Source: Nitrospirales bacterium
GTDB lineage: Bacteria; Nitrospirota; Nitrospiria; Nitrospirales; UBA8639
Assembly: GCA_965207175.1 (NCBI GenBank)
Contig: OZ242269.1
Location: 1,479,765 to 1,543,764, forward strand
Direction of reading: 5' to 3'
DNA length: 64,000 nucleotides
Part shown: in pieces, positions 50,660 through 61,329 of the stretch
Numbering within the stretch: the first letter of the stretch is position 1
How the letters are laid out: each line of letters starts with the position of its first letter
Notes under the pieces: generated by a model
Seen by the model: only the letters and a program-made list of their open reading frames with translations
Told to the model about the DNA's origin: nothing
Databases searched by the model: none
Position numbers and translations under genes: made by a program

Positions 50660-50675
50660 TGTTCCACGTGGAACA
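50660..50675. promoter_or_regulatory. parS: parS centromere-like site 2
   Basis: An identical TGTTCCACGTGGAACA (extended palindrome AATGTTCCACGTGGAACATT, 50658-50677). It lies 10 nt after the rsmG stop and 37 nt upstream of the parA ATG. Confidence 0.8.
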
Positions 50676-50712
50676 TTGCGGGACGCATGGCCACGAGCGA
50701 GGTCACCGCGCG

Positions 50713-51483
50713 ATGCCTAAAATCGTCGCTGTTGCCAATCAAAAGGGCGGGGTCGGCAAAACCACCACCTCCATTAATTTGTCGGCTGCCCTGGCGATGG
50801 GCGGACAGAAAGTCTTGCTGGTTGATCTGGATCCGCAGGCCAATGCCACTAGTGGCATTGGCGTCGAACATCCAGCCCGCACGATCTATGATTGTTTGTT
50901 CAAGGACGTTCCGGCTGCCGATGTCATTCTGCCCACGTCCGTTGCCATGCTGGATTTTTTACCATCCAGCGCCGATCTTGCCGGAGCAGAACTCGAATTA
51001 GCCGATCTTGAACACAGGGGAGAACGCGTCAAGCGTCTTCTCTCCACCGTTGCCCAGCGGTATGATTTCATCATCATGGATTGTCCGCCGGCCCTGGGGC
51101 TTCTGACGGTGAATGCCCTGACGGCAGCCGATTCGGTGTTGATCACGGTTCAATGTGAATACTATGCCATGGAGGGGCTGGGGCGGCTGATCTCGACCAT
51201 TGAGCGGGTGGGGGGCAGCCTCAACAAATCCTTATCAATCGAGGGGATCCTCTTGACAATGTGGGATGCCAGACTCACGCTTTCCATGCAGGTGTCAGAG
51301 GAAGTCAAAAAGTTTTTTCCTGGTAAAGTGTACCAATCGGTGATACCGAGAAATGTGGCCCTGGCCGAGGCCCCAGGCTATGGACGCCCTGGGGTGCTGT
51401 ACAATGCGATGTCAAGGGGGGCCAGGGCGTACATGGAGTTTGCACAGGAGTTTTTAGCACATGAGCAAACAAGCACTGGGTAA
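50713..51483 (+). CDS. parA: Chromosome partitioning ATPase ParA/Soj
   Basis: Met-19 of ORF 50659..51483. MPKIVAVANQKGGVGKTTTSINL (deviant Walker A), LLVDLDPQANAT and IIMDCPP. Confidence 0.93.
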   Translation: MPKIVAVANQKGGVGKTTTSINLSAALAMGGQKVLLVDLDPQANATSGIGVEHPARTIYDCLFKDVPAADVILPTSVAMLDFLPSSADLAGAELELADLEHRGERVKRLLSTVAQRYDFIIMDCPPALGLLTVNALTAADSVLITVQCEYYAMEGLGRLISTIERVGGSLNKSLSIEGILLTMWDARLTLSMQVSEEVKKFFPGKVYQSVIPRNVALAEAPGYGRPGVLYNAMSRGARAYMEFAQEFLAHEQTSTG

Positions 51484-52315
51484 AGGTCTGGAAGCCATTT
51501 TGCCGGTAAAGCCGGGGCTTGGGAACGACCGGGGACTTCCCCTGCTTCCCCTTGCCAGTATTCTGCCGAACCGATCGCAGCCCAGAAAAACGTTTGCCGA
51601 ACAGGAGCTCCGGGATTTGACGGAATCCATTCGCCGACATGGGATGCTTCATCCCATTCTTGTGCGGCGCAAAGGGGACGGTTTCTACGAAATCATTGCG
51701 GGCGAGCGACGGTTCCGTGCGGCAAAACTGGCGAAACTCACCGAAGTCCCTGCGATCATCCGACAATCCAAAGACGATGAATCTACGTTATTAGCCCTCA
51801 TTGAAAATATCCAGAGAGTGAATTTGACACCAGTGGAAGAAGCCAAGGCCTATCGTCAGCTGATTAATGAATTCGAGTTGACGCAGGAAGCGGTGGCCGA
51901 GCATGTCGGACGCGACCGGGCTTCCGTGGCCAATATCTGTCGAATGCTCTCCTTGCCTCGTGCCGTTCAGGACATGCTGGAATCCGGTCAATTGACATTG
52001 GGTCATGCAAAAGTCATAGTGGGTCTCAAGGGTGGGGACGCGCAATTGGCCTTGGCGAAGCGCGTGGTGCACGGGCAACTTTCTGTCAGACAGACCGAGC
52101 GACTGGTCAAGGGAGGCGACCGTGGTTCTCGTAAAGCACGGGGCCGCTCCACGACTTCAGGAACACCCACGCTTGACGCCGACGTAGAAGAGCGTCTCCG
52201 CAAGCATTTGGGGACGAAGGTCACACTTCGCGCGAAAGCGCGAGGGGGAGATGTGACGCTTAGCTATTATTCCCGGGAAGATTTAACGCGCATTGTCGAT
52301 CTGATTTTATCGTAA
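51461..52315 (+). CDS. parB: Chromosome partitioning protein ParB/Spo0J
   Basis: 284 aa with ALGKGLEAILP, NRSQPRKTF, HPILVR....YEIIAGERRFRAAKLA (ParB box/CTP pocket) and an HTH (QEAVAEHVGRDRASVANICRML). Confidence 0.93.
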   Translation: MSKQALGKGLEAILPVKPGLGNDRGLPLLPLASILPNRSQPRKTFAEQELRDLTESIRRHGMLHPILVRRKGDGFYEIIAGERRFRAAKLAKLTEVPAIIRQSKDDESTLLALIENIQRVNLTPVEEAKAYRQLINEFELTQEAVAEHVGRDRASVANICRMLSLPRAVQDMLESGQLTLGHAKVIVGLKGGDAQLALAKRVVHGQLSVRQTERLVKGGDRGSRKARGRSTTSGTPTLDADVEERLRKHLGTKVTLRAKARGGDVTLSYYSREDLTRIVDLILS

Positions 52316-52414
52316 TCATCAATAGGCCGAAGGTTTCGAAACACATGTGCATGAGATGCAGAAACCAGACGGTATGGCTCATGGCCGCTGGCATCGTGAA
52401 GGAGGGTTTTACGT

Positions 52415-52858
52415 ATGTGGGACAACAAAACCGATAAAAAACAGGCATTGTTCTCTGAAGAAGACAACTATATCTTTTTAGGAAAAGGGTCGGACTTCAA
52501 AGGCAAAGCCGTTTTCGTGGGTGCCGTCGTCCGCATTAACGGATCTTTCGAGGGTGAATTGAACGCAGACGATACGATCATCGTTGGTGAACATGCGGTC
52601 ATTCAAGGAACGATTACCTGTGGAGTACTTGTTTGTAAGGGCCGGGTCGAAGCAAACGTTACGGCCACCCAAAAAGTCCAACTGTTGAAATCGGCCGTCC
52701 TGATCGGTGATGTCCATGCCCCAATTTTTTCGATGGAAGATGGAGTCGTCTTCCGGGGCCAGTCTCTTATGGACACGAACGACCTGGAGTCCTATGCCAC
52801 TCGCCCCCAGGAACAGGAACATATCAATCTCTCTCAGTCTGCCGAGAGCCTGATGTAA
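52415..52858 (+). CDS. Bactofilin (polymer-forming cytoskeletal protein)
   Basis: 147 aa. Repeating beta-helix windings (GKAVFVGAVVRINGSFEGELNADDTIIVGEHAVIQGTITCGVLVCKGRVEANVTATQKVQLLKSAVLIGDVHAPIFSMEDGVVFRG) are typical of the bactofilin/DUF583 domain. Confidence 0.8.
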   Translation: MWDNKTDKKQALFSEEDNYIFLGKGSDFKGKAVFVGAVVRINGSFEGELNADDTIIVGEHAVIQGTITCGVLVCKGRVEANVTATQKVQLLKSAVLIGDVHAPIFSMEDGVVFRGQSLMDTNDLESYATRPQEQEHINLSQSAESLM

Positions 52859-52882
52859 GCGGCTCTGGTACTCTTACCCGTC

Positions 52883-54052
52883 ATGTCTAAACCAACGGTC
52901 CTTCTCGGAATGAGCGGAGGCGTGGATAGCTCGGTGGCAGCGTTGCTGTTGCAGGAGCAGGGTTATAACGTGCAAGGGGTGACGCTTCAAGTGTGGGAGA
53001 ACGAAGACGACCACACGGTGGTGACAAAAAAATGGGAAGAACGCGGATGTTGCAAAGTTGGATTGGCACGGCATGTCGCGACGCGCCTGGGCATTTCGCA
53101 TGAAGTGGTGGATACACGAGAGACGTTTCGCAAAAATGTGGTGGACGATTTTATTGCGGGCTATGTGGGCGGGACAACCCCCAATCCCTGCGTGCGATGC
53201 AATGAACGTGTGAAGTTTGGGATGTTATACCGGTTGGCGAACGCCAGGGGGGCCGACTATGTGGCCACAGGTCATTATGCTCGCGTGTTGCCGGTTGATG
53301 GGGGGGTTGGCTTATTTAAAGGTGTGGATGCGGCCAAAGAGCAATCCTATTTTTTGTACCGGATCGCGGCCTCATGGCTTCCCATGATTCTCTTTCCCGT
53401 CGGCCATCTGCACAAAGCGGAGGTGTGGCGGCGCGCGAAAGAGCTGGACCTTCCCACCGATGAAATGAAAGAAAGCCAGGAAATCTGTTTCGTCACCCAG
53501 GGCGATTATCGAAAATTTTTGACCGTGGAAGCACCGCACGCACACCGGCCTGGCCCGTTTGTTGATATGGAGAACCGGGTCATTGGCGAGCATCAGGGCA
53601 TTGCGTTTTATACGCCCGGGCAACGAAAGGGGCTGGGGCTGGCATGTGGCGAACGCGTCTACGTTCAGGAGGTGCACCCCGAGACCAACGCCGTCGTCCT
53701 GGGACGGGCGGAGGACCTGCTCCGAGACACCTGCACGGTTCACGATGTCAATTGGTTGGCTGGCGCATGGCCGCCGACCGTGCATCATGTTGACGTCAAG
53801 TATCGGTATGCCTCGCCGGCTGTCTCCGGTCGAGTGCGGCAGCAGCCGTCGGGCACCCTCTCCGTCGAATTCCATGAGCCGCAAAAAGCGTTGAGTCCCG
53901 GTCAGTCGCTGGTCCTCTATCACGGCGACCGCGTGCTGGGCGGCGGCTTCATTGAACGATTCCCGTCACGTCCTCGCTCAACGCCATTCAGCGCCGCACC
54001 GCGACAGGCGGAACCAGACGCCGACCTCCGCAAGCGCGTTCCCGCTGGTTGA
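52883..54052 (+). CDS. mnmA: tRNA 2-thiouridine(34) synthase MnmA
   Basis: LLGMSGGVDSSVAALLL (PP-loop), NPCVRCN, ATGHYAR and KEQSYFLY. Confidence 0.93.
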   Translation: MSKPTVLLGMSGGVDSSVAALLLQEQGYNVQGVTLQVWENEDDHTVVTKKWEERGCCKVGLARHVATRLGISHEVVDTRETFRKNVVDDFIAGYVGGTTPNPCVRCNERVKFGMLYRLANARGADYVATGHYARVLPVDGGVGLFKGVDAAKEQSYFLYRIAASWLPMILFPVGHLHKAEVWRRAKELDLPTDEMKESQEICFVTQGDYRKFLTVEAPHAHRPGPFVDMENRVIGEHQGIAFYTPGQRKGLGLACGERVYVQEVHPETNAVVLGRAEDLLRDTCTVHDVNWLAGAWPPTVHHVDVKYRYASPAVSGRVRQQPSGTLSVEFHEPQKALSPGQSLVLYHGDRVLGGGFIERFPSRPRSTPFSAAPRQAEPDADLRKRVPAG

Positions 54053-54094
54053 CACCCCATGCGCCCCATGGTACCGTGTTTTCCCCTTTGTGCG

Positions 54095-54128
54095 CCCAGT
54101 GTAAACACTGGGATTTTGCCTTTTTTTT
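54095..54128 (+). terminator. Rho-independent terminator-like hairpin after mnmA
   Basis: CCCAGTG-TAAA-CACTGGG (7-bp stem) followed by ATTTTGCCTTTTTTTT. It ends only 12 nt before the atpH start codon. Confidence 0.6.
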
Positions 54129-54140
54129 CACCACGGATTC

Positions 54141-54680
54141 ATGATGAATCATGCCATAGCGCGACGGTATGCCCACGCGTTTTTTTGCCTGTTACACCGT
54201 GACGACTTCGTCGCGGCTCAAGAGGGTTTGCAGGCCCTGTCTCATGCGTTGAAGAATTCTGCCGCGTTGAAGCACGGTCTGGCATCGCCGGCGGTGGCGC
54301 TGGAAGAAAAACTCAACGTGATCACCGCATTGTGCGAACGGACGGGCGGCCCACCGGTGATGGGACGGTTCTGCAAACAATTGTTGAAAAACAATCGCAT
54401 GGGATTTCTGCCGGACATTGCCGAAGCTTTCAAATCTTTGCTGGCGCGGCAACGTGGCACGCAACACATCGCCGTCGTGTCGGCGCAACCGATTGATGAC
54501 GGCATGAAACAGGACCTGCTCGGGCGATTGCGCACGACATTGAACAGCGAAGTCGAGGTCAGCTTTCAATCCAACCCTTCCCTGCTGTCGGGCCTCCAGA
54601 TCTGTATCGGGAGTAAAGTCTACGACAGTACGGTCAAGGGTCAGCTCAACAGGATGCGGGCTCAATTGGCAAAGGGGTAA
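54141..54680 (+). CDS. atpH: F1 ATP synthase subunit delta (OSCP)
   Basis: 179 aa. IARRYAHAFF..., position immediately upstream of atpA, and the C-terminal GLQICIGSKVYDSTVKGQLNRM pattern. Confidence 0.85.
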   Translation: MMNHAIARRYAHAFFCLLHRDDFVAAQEGLQALSHALKNSAALKHGLASPAVALEEKLNVITALCERTGGPPVMGRFCKQLLKNNRMGFLPDIAEAFKSLLARQRGTQHIAVVSAQPIDDGMKQDLLGRLRTTLNSEVEVSFQSNPSLLSGLQICIGSKVYDSTVKGQLNRMRAQLAKG

Positions 54681-54683
54681 GGC

Positions 54684-56192
54684 ATGCACATCAAGGCGGA
54701 AGAAATCAGCTCGATTATTCAAGACAAGATCAAAGACTTTGATCAGCGCGTTGATGTGACCGAAACAGGCTCTGTCATTCAAGTGGGAGACGGCATTGCC
54801 AAAGTCTACGGCCTCGAAGGCGCCATGGCCGGGGAGTTGCTGGAGTTTCCCGGGGACACGGTCGGGGTGGCGCTGAATCTGGAAGAAGACTGCGTGGGCG
54901 TCGTGCTGATGGGGTCCGACACCGGGATTAAAGAAGGTGACCAGGTTAAACGCACGGGACGGATTGCCGACGTGCCCGTGGGCGAGGCGCTCGTCGGACG
55001 GGTGGTGGATGCGATGGGGCAGCCACTTGACGGGAAAGGCCCGATCAAGACCCAGGAGAGCCGGTTGATTGAAGTCCGTGCCCCCGGGGTGGTGGATCGC
55101 CAGTCCGTGCATGAGCCGTTGCAGACGGGATTGAAAGCGATTGACGCCATGATTCCCATTGGCCGCGGGCAACGGGAACTGATTATCGGGGATCGCCAGA
55201 CCGGGAAGACGGCCATCGCCGTGGATACCATCATCAATCAGAAGGGGCTCAACGTGTTTTGCATCTACGTTGCCATCGGCCAGAAGCGGTCCACGGTGGC
55301 GCGTGTCGTGAAGACGCTCGAAGACCATGAGGCGATGGCCTACACCACCGTCGTGTCGGCCACGGCCAGTGATGCGGCGCCCCTCCAGTTTTTGGCCCCT
55401 TATGCCGGGGCCGCGATGGGGGAATATTTTCGCGACAATGGCCAACATGCCCTCATTGTCTATGACGATCTTTCCAAGCATGCCGTGGCCTACCGGCAAC
55501 TCTCGTTGTTGCTCCGTCGGCCCCCTGGCCGTGAGGCCTTTCCCGGTGACGTGTTCTTCCTGCATTCCCGGTTGCTGGAACGCGCCGCCAAATTGAGCGA
55601 TGAGCGTGGCGCTGGAAGTCTGACGGCTCTGCCCATTATTGAAACGCAGGCCGGCGACGTGTCGGCGTATGTTCCGACCAACGTGATTTCCATTACCGAC
55701 GGACAGATTTATCTGGCCGGCGACCTGTTTTATTCGGGCATTCGTCCGGCCATTAACGTGGGATTATCGGTGTCCCGCGTCGGCGGGTCGGCGCAAATCA
55801 AAACCATGAAACAGGTGGCCGGGACCCTTCGGCTGGATTTGGCCCAGTATCGGGAGTTGGCCGCGTTTGCGCAGTTTGGCAGCGAATTGGACACCGCGAC
55901 GCAGGCGCAGTTGGCGCGTGGCGCGCGCATGGTCGAACTGCTCAAACAGGAACAGTACAAACCCATGTCGGTCGCGGATCAGGTGCTGTCAATTTTTGCC
56001 GGGGTCAACGGGTTTCTCGATGACGTGCCCGTGAACAAGGTGCGGGAATTTGAAGCAGGTCTTCTGACCCACATCAAAGAGCGCCATGCGCAGTTGCGGG
56101 ACGACGTCGTGGCCAAAAAGAAAATTGACGATGAATTTGGCGGGCGACTCAAACAGGTCGTGGCCGACTATAAAAAAACCGCACAGTTCTGA
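54684..56192 (+). CDS. atpA: F1 ATP synthase subunit alpha
   Basis: 502 aa with [18 protein letters not shown] (Walker A), [46 protein letters not shown]. Confidence 0.97.
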   Translation: MHIKAEEISSIIQDKIKDFDQRVDVTETGSVIQVGDGIAKVYGLEGAMAGELLEFPGDTVGVALNLEEDCVGVVLMGSDTGIKEGDQVKRTGRIADVPVGEALVGRVVDAMGQPLDGKGPIKTQESRLIEVRAPGVVDRQSVHEPLQTGLKAIDAMIPIGRGQRELIIGDRQTGKTAIAVDTIINQKGLNVFCIYVAIGQKRSTVARVVKTLEDHEAMAYTTVVSATASDAAPLQFLAPYAGAAMGEYFRDNGQHALIVYDDLSKHAVAYRQLSLLLRRPPGREAFPGDVFFLHSRLLERAAKLSDERGAGSLTALPIIETQAGDVSAYVPTNVISITDGQIYLAGDLFYSGIRPAINVGLSVSRVGGSAQIKTMKQVAGTLRLDLAQYRELAAFAQFGSELDTATQAQLARGARMVELLKQEQYKPMSVADQVLSIFAGVNGFLDDVPVNKVREFEAGLLTHIKERHAQLRDDVVAKKKIDDEFGGRLKQVVADYKKTAQF

Positions 56193-56215
56193 CCCACACA
56201 ACAGAAGCATGTTCC

Positions 56216-57115
56216 ATGCCAAGCCTGCAAAGCCTGAGACGGAAAATTACTTCCGTAAAAAATACGCAGAAGATCACGAAGGCGATGAAAATGGTCGCGG
56301 CCGCCAAACTGAAGCGGGCCCAGGACCGGATTCTCTCTTCCCGACCCTACGCGCATAAGCTTCGGGACGTGGTGAGTCATCTTGCGGAACGGACGAGTCG
56401 GACCTCGCATCCTCTGTTGCGCAAACGAGAGGGACACACAACCGAATTGCTGGTGATTACCAGTGACCGTGGGCTGTGCGGAGCCTTTAACACCAACATT
56501 CTTCGACAGGCGTCGGAGTTCCTGACCGAGCATCGTGCGCACGGCGAACAGGTGGCCGTCGCCGTGGCCGGACGAAAAGGCGTTGATTTTTTTCGGCGGC
56601 GCGAGTGGCCCGTTCGCCGGGAATGGCCGGGTATCTTCGATCGCTTGAGTTTCGAGCATGCCCTGGATATGGGGCAGGATATCGTTCAACATTATCATGA
56701 CGGGGGCTTTGATCGTCTGTACGTGGTGTACAACGAGTTCAAATCCGTGATGCAGCAGCGTGTGATCGTTGAGCAACTGTTGCCGATTGACACATTGAAC
56801 CATGAGAACAATGGGGTTCGGGACGACGACACTTCCCACGGGCAGCCGGTCGCGAGTGGGGCGTATATCTTTGAGCCGGAGGAACAGGTCTTGCTCGCCA
56901 CCCTGCTCCCGAAACATTTTCAGGTGCAGGCGTTTCGTGTGCTACTGGAATCCGCCGCCGCCGAACAGGCCGCGCGCATGACCGCCATGGACGGGGCCAC
57001 ACGGAATGCGGGCGAGCTGATTCAGAAGGTCACGCTGTTTTACAATAAAACCCGTCAGGCCGCGATCACGAAAGAATTGATGGACATTGTCGGCGGGGCT
57101 GAAGCGTTGCAATAG
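56216..57115 (+). CDS. atpG: F1 ATP synthase subunit gamma
   Basis: 299 aa with LRRKITSVKNTQKITKAMKMVAAAKL, and the C-terminal FYNKTRQAAITKELMDIVGGAEAL. Confidence 0.95.
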   Translation: MPSLQSLRRKITSVKNTQKITKAMKMVAAAKLKRAQDRILSSRPYAHKLRDVVSHLAERTSRTSHPLLRKREGHTTELLVITSDRGLCGAFNTNILRQASEFLTEHRAHGEQVAVAVAGRKGVDFFRRREWPVRREWPGIFDRLSFEHALDMGQDIVQHYHDGGFDRLYVVYNEFKSVMQQRVIVEQLLPIDTLNHENNGVRDDDTSHGQPVASGAYIFEPEEQVLLATLLPKHFQVQAFRVLLESAAAEQAARMTAMDGATRNAGELIQKVTLFYNKTRQAAITKELMDIVGGAEALQ

Positions 57116-57146
57116 ACCGTGAGGGCGCAGGCGCGCCTGCATGTAG

Positions 57147-58609
<1,463 letters not shown>

Positions 58610-58610
<1 letters not shown>

Positions 58611-59071
58611 TGGTCACACCGTCTTCAACAGCACAGCCGGGCGTGGCACAAGCGGGAAAAATCCTGCTGGAAGTGGTCGCGCCTGATGCACGGATTTTGA
58701 GCGAGTACGTGGACCAGGTTTTCGCTTCAGGCACGGAAGGCGATTTTGGAGTCCTCCCAGGCCATTGCCATTTTCTGACAACCCTGCGGATTGGCGAACT
58801 GCACTATCGCATCGGGGAAACAGTCCATTATCTGTCGGTCTTGTGGGGCTTTGCCGATGTGACCCCATACAGGGTGACCATTCTTGCGGAGATTGCCGAG
58901 AAGGCGGAAGATATTGACATGGAACAGGCGCAAGCCGCCGTGGCCCAGGCCGAAGAAGCGCTTGAGCGCGGCGGGCTTCCCTCGGAAGTCGAAGTGGCCA
59001 GGGTGAGTCTGGAGAAAGCCCGGCTTCGACAAAAGGTCACCGAACGTGTTCAGAAACGCGGGCCTGCGTGA
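58610..59071 (+). CDS. atpC: F1 ATP synthase subunit epsilon
   Basis: 153 aa with ILLEVVAPD..., GDFGVLPGHCHFLTTL, and a C-terminal helical hairpin. TAATG overlap with atpD. The N-terminus is ~15 aa longer than usual. Confidence 0.88.
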
Positions 59072-60097
59072 TTGTCAGCCTTCCTGTATGCGTCCATGCC
59101 ACATGTTGAAACGCGGGCGGAGATTGTCATTTCCACGGGGGAAGGGCCGAAACGGCTGGACCATTTTCTGGTCAACCGCGACCCGGATTTCTCTCGTACC
59201 ACTCTCCAACGATTGATTCTTGAGGGCCGCGTCACCGTTGACGGTCACGTGGTCAGACCCAGCCACACAATCAAACCCGGCAACACCATCGTGCTGGTGG
59301 TGCCCAGAGCCGAGCCTCTGGAGATCGCGCCCGAGCCTATTCCCCTTGACGTGCTCTATGAAGATGACGCCCTGCTGGTGTTGAACAAACAGGCCGGACT
59401 CGTGGTGCATCCGGCCCCCGGCAACTGGTCGGGCACGCTGGTCAATGCCCTGCTGTACCATGTGCGCAAGGGCGCACTCTCCAACGTGGGAGGCAAGGAG
59501 CGGCCGGGGCTGGTACACCGGTTGGACAAAAACACCACGGGCGTTATGGTCGTGGCGAAACAGGATCAGGTCCATGCCGATCTGGCCCGCCAGTTTAAGC
59601 GACATACCATCAACAGAATCTATCAGGCGATTGTCCGTGGCGTTCCCAAAAAACGCGAAGGCATGATTGACGTGGCCATTGGGAGAGATATCAGAGACCG
59701 AAAAAAAATTTCCGCGCGCACGGCTCGTCCAAAAATTTCATCCACGCAGTACCGGATCACAGAACGGTTTGACACATTGGCAGCCTGCGCGGAGTTATTG
59801 CCGCAGACGGGCCGGACCCATCAACTGCGTGTGCATTTGGCGACGATGGGATGTCCAATCCTGGGAGATCCCATCTATGGCGGGAACAAGGCGGGTGTGC
59901 TCGGTGACGTGGCGATTCCCCGCGTCATGCTGCACGCCGCCGTGCTGGGATTTCTCCATCCGATCACGCAACAGCCCATGAATTTTGCGGTGCCCATGCC
60001 GGACGATATGACGGACGTGGTGAGCCAATTGCGCGGCTACTGTCAGGGAACACCGGTCGGCACGACGGCAGAACCGGAAGCGGGGCCGCGACGATGA
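59072..60097 (+). CDS. rluD: RluA-family 23S rRNA pseudouridine synthase (RluD-like, with S4 domain)
   Basis: The S4 region is RLDHFLVNR...SRTTLQRLILEGRVTVDG. The catalytic segment is GLVHRLDKNTTGVMVVAK, and TGRTHQLRVH is present. The start is uncertain (TTG 59072 or ATG 59096). Confidence 0.85.
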   Translation: MSAFLYASMPHVETRAEIVISTGEGPKRLDHFLVNRDPDFSRTTLQRLILEGRVTVDGHVVRPSHTIKPGNTIVLVVPRAEPLEIAPEPIPLDVLYEDDALLVLNKQAGLVVHPAPGNWSGTLVNALLYHVRKGALSNVGGKERPGLVHRLDKNTTGVMVVAKQDQVHADLARQFKRHTINRIYQAIVRGVPKKREGMIDVAIGRDIRDRKKISARTARPKISSTQYRITERFDTLAACAELLPQTGRTHQLRVHLATMGCPILGDPIYGGNKAGVLGDVAIPRVMLHAAVLGFLHPITQQPMNFAVPMPDDMTDVVSQLRGYCQGTPVGTTAEPEAGPRR

Positions 60098-60534
60098 CGC
60101 AACGGCAGGAGATGGAAGTCGCACAGGCGCTGGATACCTTTGGAGAATTACTCGCGGCGTTGGCGGCGTTGGCCGTGAAAGTGCCGGCCAAATCGTTCAT
60201 GTCCATTCCCGGCGGTCTTCGTCCCACCGAAGAAGCCATCGAAAAGTATGAAACCACCGTCTGCCGGTTTCGAGAGCGAGCGGGTGCGACCTGGCGGGTC
60301 CTCAATGAGTTTTTCATTGAGTCGTTGGAGGCCTTTGAAGCCGGACGCATCTTTGACGCCGTTCCTCCTCTGTTTCAGGCGCTGGAACGGGTTGTGGAGA
60401 TGCACAAAGAGGGAAACGTCAATTTTACGTCCGCGGAACAGGATCGCGTTCGCGATTTTCACCAACGCCTGGGGAAAATTTTCCCGGATGCGAACACGTC
60501 AGAAGTGGATCTTCCCACACCGGAGTCGTATTAA
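60094..60534 (+). CDS. Hypothetical protein (146 aa)
   Basis: The ATG overlaps the rluD stop (ATGA). Codon usage resembles that of its neighbours. No family recognised. Confidence 0.45.
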   Translation: MTQRQEMEVAQALDTFGELLAALAALAVKVPAKSFMSIPGGLRPTEEAIEKYETTVCRFRERAGATWRVLNEFFIESLEAFEAGRIFDAVPPLFQALERVVEMHKEGNVNFTSAEQDRVRDFHQRLGKIFPDANTSEVDLPTPESY

Positions 60535-60663
60535 GCCCCGCGAGGCGGGACGTGGTCTCGCCCCGCACGATGCGGCGCCGTTGGGCGTGATGGTGTGATG
60601 GCTGCCCGCACGACCGGCACCGGTTGACAGGGCGGCCCAAATAGGTGAAGAAGATTGAGGTGT

Positions 60664-60739
60664 GCGCCCGTAGCTCAATGGATAGAGCATCAGACTTCGG
60701 ATCTGAGGGTTGGGGGTTCGACTCCCTCCGGGCGCGCCA
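60664..60739 (+). tRNA. tRNA-Arg (anticodon TCG), CCA encoded
   Basis: Manual cloverleaf: acceptor GCGCCCG/CGGGCGC, D arm GCTC-AATGGATA-GAGC, anticodon arm TCAGA-CTTCGGA-TCTGA (anticodon TCG), variable GGGTT, T arm GGGGG-TTCGACT-CCCTC, discriminator G, CCA. Confidence 0.9.
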
Positions 60740-60789
60740 GCCCATACAACAGTGGTCTGGCAAGCCTTCTCATCCCCGGTTTTCCACCC

Positions 60790-61262
60790 ACCCCGTTGTT
60801 TCCCACTGAAGACCTGGATTCCCGAGCAAGGCTCGAGAATGACAGCAAAAGAAAGACATACGCGATAACGACAATGACGGCGAAAGAAAGAGACACACGA
60901 CAATGACGGCAAAAGAAAACATACACACGACAATGACAATGACGGCAACACACACACGCGCGTGTGTCATTCTCGCCAGCAGGCGGGAATCCATGTGGCG
61001 GTGGGAATGACCCTCCCCCTCCCCCGCTGTCATTCTCGCCAGCAGGCGGGAATCCAGTCCCGTCGTTTCCACTGAAGACCTGGATTCCCGAGCAAGGCTC
61101 GAGAATGACAGCAAAAGAAAGAGACGCACGACACACGACAATGACGGCAAAAGAAAGACACGCGACAATGACGGCGAAAGAAAGACACGCGCGACACACG
61201 ACAATGACGGCAACACACACACACGTGTGTCATTCTCGCCGAAGGCGGGAATCCAGGCTGTC
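60790..61262. repeat. Hairpin-repeat array H (5 units; ~265-bp higher-order duplication)
   Basis: Minus units start at 60814 and 61080. Plus units start at 60966, 61029 and 61229. Between them are 3-4 tandem AATGACGGC(A/G)AAAGAAAGACAC sub-repeats and alternating Pu/Py palindromes (ACACACGCGCGTGTGT near 60950-60967; ACACACGTGTGT near 61217-61230). The array begins ~50 nt after tRNA-Arg. Confidence 0.9.
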
Positions 61263-61329
61263 TCTACGCAGGGGATCGCCCATACGGCTTTCTCAAAATC
61301 AGCATCCCGCATTTTTTTGATTGCCATGA

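Noticed and set aside
60740-61329. Genomic island or integrated element at tRNA-Arg.
   Set aside because: The tRNA is followed only by hairpin array H. There is no integrase, no direct repeat of the tRNA 3' end, and no cargo genes before yihY.
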